Shown here: in pieces, positions 18,939-26,755 of the stretch
Layout: each line of letters opens with the position of its first letter
Numbering within the stretch: the first letter of the stretch is position 1
From: Acidobacteriota bacterium
GTDB lineage: Bacteria; Acidobacteriota; Thermoanaerobaculia; Multivoradales; UBA5704
Length of the DNA: 64,000 nt
Reading direction: 5' to 3'
Assembly (NCBI GenBank): GCA_040005235.1
Contig: JBDTZG010000008.1
Coordinates: 32,001 to 96,000 of the forward strand
Made by a program: the position numbers and the translations under genes
Notes under the pieces: generated by a model
Databases searched by the model: none
The model's input: only the letters and a program-made list of their open reading frames with translations
Told to the model about the DNA's origin: nothing

Positions 18939-19909
18939 CCACGCCATCGCTCGAAACCCGCACCTTTCGCGCCGACCGCGGCGACGCGGGCGAGCGGCTC
19001 GACCTCGTTCTGGTGCGGCATCTGGCTGATCGGCCGGAGATCTCGCGCAACCGGATCCAGCATTGGATCGAAGCCGGGAGCGTCGAGATCGACGGTGCGC
19101 CCGTGGGCAAGCCTTCCGATCGCGTTCTGGCCGGGGCGCAGATCTCGGTTCTTCTTCCTGTTCTCGCCCCGCGGCTTGCGCCCGAGGCGGAAGAAATGGC
19201 GCTCGAGATCCTCTACGAGGACGAGTATTTTTTGGCGCTCAACAAACCGCCGGGCCTGGTCGTCCATCCCAACCGGAGCGAAGCGAAGGGCACTCTGCTC
19301 AACGCGTTGGTCTGGCGCTTCAAGACGGCGGGGGAGCCGGGGAACCCCCATCTGGTACAGCGGCTCGATCGCGGTACCTCCGGCCTGCTGCTGGTCGCCA
19401 AGCGCCCGGCGATGCACGCGGCGCTCGCGAAGGCGCTCCGCGCCGAGCGGGCGGAGAAGGAATACCTCGCGATCTGCTACGGCCGGCCGCCGCGAGCGAG
19501 CGGCAAGATCCACCTGCGGATCGATCGCCATCCGACCGCCCGCGGCCTGCGCATCGCCCTTCCGGCCGATTCCAATTTGGGCCAGGAGAGCCTCACCCTA
19601 TTCGACACGGTGGCCCGGGGCGGCGGGCTCTCCGTCGTGCGCTGCATCCTGCGCACCGGCCGGACCCATCAGATCCGCGTTCACCTCGCGGCGCTCGGGA
19701 TGCCGATCGTCGGCGATCCGCTCTACGGCATCCCAGGATGGAATGCGCTTCGCGATCCGGAGCTGTCGGTGCTCTGTCGGGAGCTTCCGCGTCAGGCGCT
19801 TCACGCCTTTCGCCTGCGCTTTGTCCACCCCGTCACTCGGGTTCCGCTGACGCTCGAAGCGCCGCTGCCGGACGACCTCCAAGCGCTGGTCGATCGCATC
19901 GGCGAGTGA
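18935..19909 (+). CDS. RluA/RluD family pseudouridine synthase with N-terminal S4 domain
   Basis: S4 motif RLDLVL...SRNRIQHWI. NKPPGLVVHP, catalytic QRLDRGTSG, TGRTHQIRVH and QALHA. Start uncertain (CTG at 18935 overlapping the cydB stop). Confidence 0.9.
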   Translation: MTTPSLETRTFRADRGDAGERLDLVLVRHLADRPEISRNRIQHWIEAGSVEIDGAPVGKPSDRVLAGAQISVLLPVLAPRLAPEAEEMALEILYEDEYFLALNKPPGLVVHPNRSEAKGTLLNALVWRFKTAGEPGNPHLVQRLDRGTSGLLLVAKRPAMHAALAKALRAERAEKEYLAICYGRPPRASGKIHLRIDRHPTARGLRIALPADSNLGQESLTLFDTVARGGGLSVVRCILRTGRTHQIRVHLAALGMPIVGDPLYGIPGWNALRDPELSVLCRELPRQALHAFRLRFVHPVTRVPLTLEAPLPDDLQALVDRIGE

Positions 19910-19990
19910 AACACCCCCGGGTTTCGTCGGATTTTTGGCGAAACACCCTCTTGTTTCAGCTCCATTTGACGAGAAACAAGGGGGTGTTTA
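19908..19990. promoter_or_regulatory. Three phased GAAAC-N8-GTTT(C/A) palindromic boxes (putative operator array)
   Basis: Boxes start at 19908, 19940 and 19973. Boxes 2 and 3 also form a near-perfect 17-bp inverted repeat. Confidence 0.55.
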
Positions 19991-20000
19991 AGATCTCAGA

Positions 20001-21371
20001 GTGTATTTTCCCCGGCATATCGATACGACGCTGAGGTCCTGGGCGGCTGAAAACGACCGCAAGCCGCTCGTGCTTCGCGGAGCGCGGCAAACCGGCAAGA
20101 CCGCCGCAGTTCGGCGCCTCGGCGAGCATTTCGACCTCTTTCTTGAGCTGAATCTGGAGCGTTTCGAGGATCTGTCGCTGGTGCGCTCCTGCCGCTCGGC
20201 CGAAGAGCTTTTGACCGCGCTTGCCGCCCGGCACAACCTGGAGCGCTTTCCGCCGCGGACGCTGCTGTTACTCGACGAGATTCAGGATAGCCCCGAGGCG
20301 GTCGGCTGGCTGCGCTTCTTATACGAGGACCATCCCGAGCTGTTTGTCGTGGCGGCCGGCTCGCTTCTCGAAGTCCGGCTTCAGGAGCGGGGGTTTTCGT
20401 TTCCGGTCGGCCGGGTCACGTTTCGCGTGCTGCGGCCGTTCACCTATTTCGAGTTTCTCGCGGCAAACGGGCGAGAGGTGCTCGCGGGCCATCTGGCCGC
20501 CTCGGTGTCCGAAGGGAGACCGATCGGCCCCGCGCTCCACGAGCAGGCGCTCGATCTGCTTCGGGACTACCTTCTGGTCGGCGGTATGCCCGAGGCGGTG
20601 GCGCGTTGGGTAGCCGAGCGTAACCCGGTCGCCGTCCGCGGCGTTCATCGCGATCTCGTCCAAGCGCTCGCCGAAGACCTTCAACGCTTCGGCAACCTGC
20701 GCGAGGCGGGCTACCTCGAAGCCGCGTTCGAGAATCTTCGCCACCACGTCGGCTTGCGATTCCGGTACGAGAATTTCGCTCCGGGGTACAAGAGCCAACT
20801 GATGAAGGACGCCCTCGCAAAGCTCGAGGCGGCGCTCCTAATCCATCGGGTCATCCCCACCAGTTCTTTGGCTCTTCCCTTGCGCGAGCGAACCCGTTCG
20901 GCGGCGAAGCTGCTGCCGTTGGACGTGGGTCTCGCGCTCTACACCTTCGGCTCGGGTTTCGAAACGGCTCGCGCTCTGCCGCTTTCCCAGATTCTGGACG
21001 GGCGAGCGGCAGAGATCTTCGTCGGCCAGCAGTTGCTCGCCGCGGCTCCGGGATTTCCCGGCGATCTTTTCTTTTGGGTGAGCGAGTCGGCGAGCAGCAA
21101 CGCCGAGGTCGACTATCTCGTGCCTATCGCTGGCCGGCCGGTGCCGGTGGAAGTCAAATCGACGGCGGCGGGCGCGCTCAAATCGCTGCATCAATTTCTC
21201 TCGCGAGCGGGCCTTTCGACCGGCGTTCGGCTGCACACCGGCTTGCCGGCCGACGAGCGCCTTCTAGTCCGCATGCCGGAGGGGCATTTGTCGTATCGGC
21301 TCCTTTCGCTGCCCGTCTACCTCGCCGAAAAGGTTCCACTTTTCAAGTTCAATGAAACGGAGTCCGGTTAG
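20001..21371 (+). CDS. AAA_14 ATPase with DUF4143 / PD-(D/E)XK-like C-terminus
   Basis: LRGARQTGKT, LLLDEIQ, AAGSLL, GGMPE and EVDYL...PVEVKS. Confidence 0.88.
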   Translation: MYFPRHIDTTLRSWAAENDRKPLVLRGARQTGKTAAVRRLGEHFDLFLELNLERFEDLSLVRSCRSAEELLTALAARHNLERFPPRTLLLLDEIQDSPEAVGWLRFLYEDHPELFVVAAGSLLEVRLQERGFSFPVGRVTFRVLRPFTYFEFLAANGREVLAGHLAASVSEGRPIGPALHEQALDLLRDYLLVGGMPEAVARWVAERNPVAVRGVHRDLVQALAEDLQRFGNLREAGYLEAAFENLRHHVGLRFRYENFAPGYKSQLMKDALAKLEAALLIHRVIPTSSLALPLRERTRSAAKLLPLDVGLALYTFGSGFETARALPLSQILDGRAAEIFVGQQLLAAAPGFPGDLFFWVSESASSNAEVDYLVPIAGRPVPVEVKSTAAGALKSLHQFLSRAGLSTGVRLHTGLPADERLLVRMPEGHLSYRLLSLPVYLAEKVPLFKFNETESG

Positions 21372-21500
21372 AGGCCGAGACACGCACCTTGCCTCCGGCG
21401 CGCGGAGGTGAAACCTTTCCCCCCTTCGATTCGTTCAGAGGAAGCAATTCTGCCGAGTGGCGCTAGCTTGCGCCCGACGGCAACCGGGGAGGTTGGGCCG

Positions 21501-22633
21501 ATGCGCGCGCTCCGTTCGTTGATTCTGATCTTGGCGGTGCCGGTTCTGTTGGGAGGTACCCTTGGCGCGGCCGAGCCTGCTTCCGCGGTTCCTGCGACTC
21601 CTGGGGACAGCGCTCCGGCGGCGGTTGCCGCGCCGTCGGCGTCGGAGTCGGCCGCCGCGGATTTCGACGTGGAAGCCGCCACCCGGGTCTATCTTTCGCG
21701 GGTCTCGCCCGCCGACAAGGAGCGTTCCGACTCCTATTTCGAAGGGGGCTACTGGCTCCAGCTTTGGAGCTTCCTGTACGGCCTGGGGGTATCCTGGCTC
21801 TTGCTCTCGCGGGGAATCTCCAGCCGCTTGCGCGACGCGGTGGAGCGGGCAGTTGGCAATCGAGCGATCCAGACGTTCCTCTACGCGGCGGCTTATTTCA
21901 TCGCTGCGGCGGTCCTTACGCTGCCGCTCACGATCTACTCCGATTACTGGCGCGAGCACTCCTACGGCCTCTCGAATATGACTTTCGGCGGGTGGTTCCG
22001 CGATGCCGCAGTCGGCCTGGGCGTTTCGGTGATCCTCGGTGGCCTGTTCATGGTTCTTCTCTACTGGGTCTTCCGCAAGGCGCCGCGCTCTTGGTGGATC
22101 TGGGGAACCGCGGTCTCCCTGGTCGGCCTGGTCGTCATGGCGTTGATCAGCCCGGTTTACATCGCGCCGCTGTTCAACGAGTACAAGCCACTCGGCGAGG
22201 GGCCGATCAAGGCTGAAATCTTGTCGCTCGCGCGGGCAAACGGAATCCCTGCCGACAACGTCTACGAGTTCGATGCGAGCAAGCAATCGAAGCGGGTGAG
22301 CGCGAACGTCAGCGGCCTTGGCTCGACGCTCCGGATTTCGCTCAACGACAACCTGCTCGCGCGGGTGAAACCCGAGGGCATCCAGGCCGTTATGGGGCAC
22401 GAGATGGGCATTACGTGCTCAACCACATCTATGAATTCATTCCGATATTCGCACTCATCATCCTGGTCGGCTTCGGGTTCCTGCGCTGGAGCTTCTATGG
22501 GGTCCTGTACCGCTACGGCGCTCGCTGGGGCGTGCGGGGGATCTTCTTCGACCACCCGAGCGGCCGGAGCCGCATCCTGATGGCGATGCGTTGGAAGAAG
22601 GAGCACTTGAAGGATCTGCCGGCGGTGCCGTAG
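21501..22633 (+). pseudogene. M48 (Ste24-like) metallopeptidase, frameshifted in HEXXH and internally deleted
   Basis: PLFNEY, DASKQS and SANVSG precede HEMG. After a 1-nt shift near 22408 the other frame reads HYVLNH...DHPSGRSRI. The ExxAD segment is absent. Confidence 0.8.
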
Positions 22634-22745
22634 TAAGGGGGCGCGCCGAATCGCTGACAGGGGCGGGAAGTCGCCCCGTCGACGGCCGGAGTGTCGCGGT
22701 AAAAAGTCGGTGAATGGGGCCCGATTCGAATACCATCCGCCGTCC

Positions 22746-23948
22746 ATGCGCCGCATTTTTTCTGCCTACCGCGCCGCGTTCGTCGGCCTGCCGCGACCGG
22801 TCTGGCTGCTCGCGATCTCGGCGTTGATCAATCGATGCGGCACCATGGTGCTGCCGTTTGCGACGCTCTATTTGACCAAAGAGCTGGGCTGGACGGTGCC
22901 CGAGGCGGGGCTGGCGCTGTCGTTCTATGGCGCGGGGGCGATGATCGGTTCGTTCTCCGGCGGCTGGCTCGCCGACCGGATCTCGGTCCGGCTCGTGCTG
23001 GTGACCAGTTTGGTTTGCAACGGCGTCGGCTTCCTGGCGCTCGAGCATCTGATGTCGCGAAGTGCGATCTGTTGGTTTCTCGTCGCACTCGGAATGTTTT
23101 CCGAGGCGTTCCGACCGGCGAACGCGACCGCGCTCTCGACGATCGCCGGCCCGGCGAACCGGGTGCGCGCGTTCACCCTCTATCGCCTGGCGATCAACCT
23201 CGGTATGAGCATCGGCCCGGTGATCGGCGGCTTCCTTGCCGAGCACGACTACCGCTGGCTGTTCCGGGTCGACGGCGGGACCTGTCTAGCGGCGGCGGCG
23301 ATGCTCGGGCTCCTGTTCCACGACCCGGTGACGCACGGCGGCCCGGCCGAGGATTCGGACGGAAGCGCGAGGGGCGGCCGCTCGCCCTGGCGCGACGGGC
23401 CGTTCGTCGCCCTGTTGGGCCTCGCGGTGCTGCTTGCGATGGTGTTCTTCCAGATCCAAAGCACCTACCCGCTCGCGCTCAACCGGGTCTACGGGTTCTC
23501 CGAGGCGGCGATCGGTCTGGCGCTCGCGGTGAACACGGTGGTCATCGTGCTGTTCGAGATGGTTCTCGCCCACGCACTACGCGACGCGCCCCATCTGCGC
23601 CTGGTCGCTTGGGGCTCGCTGCTGTTCGGCGTCGGCCTCGCGCTGCTGCCGCTCGGCCGGAGCTTCGCCTATGTTTGCGTGACGATTTTCGTCTGGACGA
23701 TCGGCGAGATGCTGTCGTTGCCGTTCCTTCAAGGAGTCGTCGCGGAGCGAGCCGACGCGAAGCGGCGGGGAACCTATCTGGGCCTGCTCAGCTTCGCGTT
23801 CTCGATCGCCTATATGAGCGGCCCGCCGATCGGAGCGTGGGTTTACGAGCGCTTCGGCCCGGACACCCTCTGGTACGCCTGCGGCGTCGCGGGGGTGGTT
23901 CTCTGGCTCGGGTTTGAGGCGCTCTCGCGGCGGGTGGCCCGGGCCTGA
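22746..23948 (+). CDS. MFS transporter
   Basis: About 12 TM segments. Motif A GGWLADRIS. INLGMSIGPVIGG. Confidence 0.9.
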   Translation: MRRIFSAYRAAFVGLPRPVWLLAISALINRCGTMVLPFATLYLTKELGWTVPEAGLALSFYGAGAMIGSFSGGWLADRISVRLVLVTSLVCNGVGFLALEHLMSRSAICWFLVALGMFSEAFRPANATALSTIAGPANRVRAFTLYRLAINLGMSIGPVIGGFLAEHDYRWLFRVDGGTCLAAAAMLGLLFHDPVTHGGPAEDSDGSARGGRSPWRDGPFVALLGLAVLLAMVFFQIQSTYPLALNRVYGFSEAAIGLALAVNTVVIVLFEMVLAHALRDAPHLRLVAWGSLLFGVGLALLPLGRSFAYVCVTIFVWTIGEMLSLPFLQGVVAERADAKRRGTYLGLLSFAFSIAYMSGPPIGAWVYERFGPDTLWYACGVAGVVLWLGFEALSRRVARA

Positions 23949-23951
23949 TCC

Positions 23952-24467
23952 TTAATCTCCGTCCTCCCCCTCTCCTCCCTCGTGCAGCCGTAGCTTTCTG
24001 TACCCGCGGTGCCAGTAGATCAGGGGGGGCTTAGTCGCGTTGGGAACGCCACTCGCCTGGACCAGGCCGAGGTAGATGCGGTGGGTTCCCGCTTCGTGGC
24101 GGGCTTCGATCGAGCAGTCGAGCCATGAGAGGGCGTCCAGGAGGACCGGCGCGCCGGTTTCCGCGGTGCCCCAGTTGCCTTGGGCGAAGCGGTCCTCGTC
24201 TTTCACCCAGGCGAAGCGGTTGGACAGCTCGGACTGTTCTTCCGACAGGATGTTGACCGCGAAGCTCGCGTCGGGCGCATTGAACATCTCCGCCGCCCGA
24301 TGGCGCTGGTCGATGATCACGGCGACCAGCGGAGGATCGGTCGAGACCGAGTTGAACGCCGAGACGGTGAGACCGTGGGTCCGATCGCCCGAACGGACGG
24401 TGACGATCGTGACGCCGGCCGGGAAGTGGGCGAGGGCCTGCCGAAACTGTTCGGAGCTAACTGGCAT
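23952..24467 (-). CDS. Flavin reductase-like FMN-binding protein
   Basis: FRQALAHFPAGVTIVT, SVSTDPP, AGTHRIYLG and PLIY. Confidence 0.9.
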   Translation of the reverse strand: MPVSSEQFRQALAHFPAGVTIVTVRSGDRTHGLTVSAFNSVSTDPPLVAVIIDQRHRAAEMFNAPDASFAVNILSEEQSELSNRFAWVKDEDRFAQGNWGTAETGAPVLLDALSWLDCSIEARHEAGTHRIYLGLVQASGVPNATKPPLIYWHRGYRKLRLHEGGEGEDGD

Positions 24468-24623
24468 GGGGTTCTCCCGAAGCGCATTTGCGCGATGGTT
24501 CAATCGTACCAAGCCGGGCGCCAAGAGTCGAAAAAAGCGTGGCCGGGTCGCCGTTTACACGAGCGTCCATTCTCATCTACTCTTCCCGTGCCGACGTAGC
24601 TTCCGCGGGAGGATTTTTAAACG

Positions 24624-26033
24624 ATGACCATTCAGGGTCGTGCGTGGGTGGGAACCCTGCTAGCCGTCGCATTCTCCGCGCTGCCGCTCCTGGCTCAGGC
24701 CGACGAGGCCGACAAGAACCCGAGAACCGATCCGGAGGGGGAGCCGGCCGAAGAGGCTTCCTCCTTACGTCCAAAGCTCGAATTTGGGCTGGAGGCTAAG
24801 GCTAACTTCCGCCAGAGCGACGAGAACCGGTTTCCGATCCGGACGTTCCAGCCGCCGTTCCAGCCGCCGATGCCGCAGCGCTTCCTGGAAACGGTCAATT
24901 CCGGCAGCCATTTCGAGCTGTCGAACCTGACCCTGTTCGCCGACGCGACCTGGAGCGAAAGTCTGGTCGTCCACGCGAAGATCGATTTCATCGACCTGTA
25001 CGAGCGCAACCCGACCTCCAGCGCCGACAAGGTGGACGTCGACGAGCTCTGGCTGCGGTTCGGCCACGATTCGCAACCGGCCGCGCTCTCCGCAGGGACC
25101 GGCGGCTATTTCAAGATCGGCAAGTTCGCGAAGTTCGAGCGCCAGAACGACCGCCACCTGGAGAGCTACGGCCTGGTTTCGACCGCCTTCAACCGGATCG
25201 AGGACGTCGGGGTAGAGCTGGGGCTCGATCTCGGCCGCCATGCCTATTTGAAGGGCTCGTTCACTCAGGGCAACCCGGTGTTCCTGCGCGATCCGAACGC
25301 TCTCGCGGGCGACAACGGCACCCCGGCGTTTCGCGAGACCAATCCGAATCCGGACTTGAAGAGCGGCATCGTGATCCCCTACGACGCGGCGACCCAGGAC
25401 GTCGATGCCGACGGCAACCTACAAAAGGGGCTGGGACTGGGGATCCGCTTCGCTAGCGAGGACGGCGCGAACGGCGTCGACGTGCTGGTGTTCGGCCGGC
25501 GCCGCACCCTCGCGGACCACGTCGATTTCAAAGGCAGCTTCTACGGCGCCGACATCGACCTGTTGAACGGTCCGGAGTCCCCTTTCCTCACCCGAGCGGA
25601 AGTCACGTTCCCGCTCACCTCCGATCGCAAGCAGGAGGTCGGCGGCAACGTCTGGATCTACTGGGGCGGAGCCTCGTTCTTCGGCCAGTACGTCGATCAG
25701 GATCTCGGCGGCCTTGGGCGGATCGGCTACGAAGGGGAGCTCGCCTGGCGCTTCGACCTGCCGCTCGTCGCGTCGCTCGATGGGCGCCAGTTGTTCCCAT
25801 CGATTCAGCCGGTGGTGCGCTATTCGAAGCTCGATCCCGACTTTCGTCCCGCGCCCAAGTCGCCGAGCCCGAGCTTTGCGTGGCAGTGGGAGAAGCTGGA
25901 TTTCGGCGTGCGCCTGACGGTCATTTCCGGCCTCGACCTGACCGCCGAGTACGCGAAGAACGATTTCCTCCTCCTGTCGGGCGCCAAGCGCGACAACAAC
26001 GAGACCTTGATTACCTTGAGGTGGCGCATTTGA
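24624..26033 (+). CDS. Putative outer-membrane beta-barrel (porin-like) protein
   Basis: Signal peptide. Alternating amphipathic beta-strands. C-terminal 'ETLITLRWRI' resembles a beta-signal. Confidence 0.65.
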   Translation: MTIQGRAWVGTLLAVAFSALPLLAQADEADKNPRTDPEGEPAEEASSLRPKLEFGLEAKANFRQSDENRFPIRTFQPPFQPPMPQRFLETVNSGSHFELSNLTLFADATWSESLVVHAKIDFIDLYERNPTSSADKVDVDELWLRFGHDSQPAALSAGTGGYFKIGKFAKFERQNDRHLESYGLVSTAFNRIEDVGVELGLDLGRHAYLKGSFTQGNPVFLRDPNALAGDNGTPAFRETNPNPDLKSGIVIPYDAATQDVDADGNLQKGLGLGIRFASEDGANGVDVLVFGRRRTLADHVDFKGSFYGADIDLLNGPESPFLTRAEVTFPLTSDRKQEVGGNVWIYWGGASFFGQYVDQDLGGLGRIGYEGELAWRFDLPLVASLDGRQLFPSIQPVVRYSKLDPDFRPAPKSPSPSFAWQWEKLDFGVRLTVISGLDLTAEYAKNDFLLLSGAKRDNNETLITLRWRI

Positions 26034-26038
26034 CCGGG

Positions 26039-26755
26039 ATGGGCAAAGCCGGCTCCGGGGTCCTTAGCAAGATCCTCGGACCGCTGCTCGCCGCGCTGTG
26101 GATCTATGCGGGCGGCGCCGCGGCGGCCGTGGCGGACGACCTGCGCGGCAAGATCGAGCTGCTCGCCCGCGGCGGCAAGGGGTTGGCCAAAGGGAGCGAC
26201 GTGCGTCAGGCGGTGGTCTTTTTCGAGCCGAAGGAGCAGCGGTCGACCCGGGCGCCCGAAAAGCCGTTCGAGATCGTCACCGAGGACAAGGAGTTCCTCC
26301 CCCGCGTGCTCGCCATCCCGCGCGGCAGCAAGGTCCGATTTCCGAATTCCGATCCGATCCTGCACAACGTCTTTTCGGTCTCGGGTGCCAACAGCTTCGA
26401 TTTCGGGCTCAGCCGCAAAGGACCGGGCCAGACGCGCCGGTTCGACGCGCCCGGCCTAGTGCGGGTGTTCTGTAACGTCCACCACTCGATGGTGGCCTAC
26501 ATCTGGGTGCTCGGCACCCCCTACTCGGCGTCCCCCGCGGACGACGGATCGTTCACGCTCTCGGGGCTGCCCAAAGGGCCGGGCAAGCTGACCGTCTGGC
26601 ACGAGCAGGCGGAGCCCTGGTCGATCGATCTTTCCGTCCCCGCCCCCGGTAAGGTCGCCGCGCGCCTGGAAGTCACCCGGCCGCGCATTCCGCCCCACGT
26701 CGACAAGACCGGGCGCTCCTACTTCCGCAACAGCCGTGAAAAATACGGGGGATAG
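26039..26755 (+). CDS. Periplasmic cupredoxin-like / carboxypeptidase-regulatory-like domain protein
   Basis: Signal peptide. FPNSDPILHNVFS...VFCNVHHSM supplies His/Cys/His/Met ligands. Start could also be TTG at 26030. Confidence 0.75.
   Translation: MGKAGSGVLSKILGPLLAALWIYAGGAAAAVADDLRGKIELLARGGKGLAKGSDVRQAVVFFEPKEQRSTRAPEKPFEIVTEDKEFLPRVLAIPRGSKVRFPNSDPILHNVFSVSGANSFDFGLSRKGPGQTRRFDAPGLVRVFCNVHHSMVAYIWVLGTPYSASPADDGSFTLSGLPKGPGKLTVWHEQAEPWSIDLSVPAPGKVAARLEVTRPRIPPHVDKTGRSYFRNSREKYGG

Noticed and set aside
22395-22420. Programmed frameshift in the M48 peptidase
   Set aside because: There is no slippery heptamer, and a second lesion removes the third zinc ligand. Decay or error is more parsimonious.
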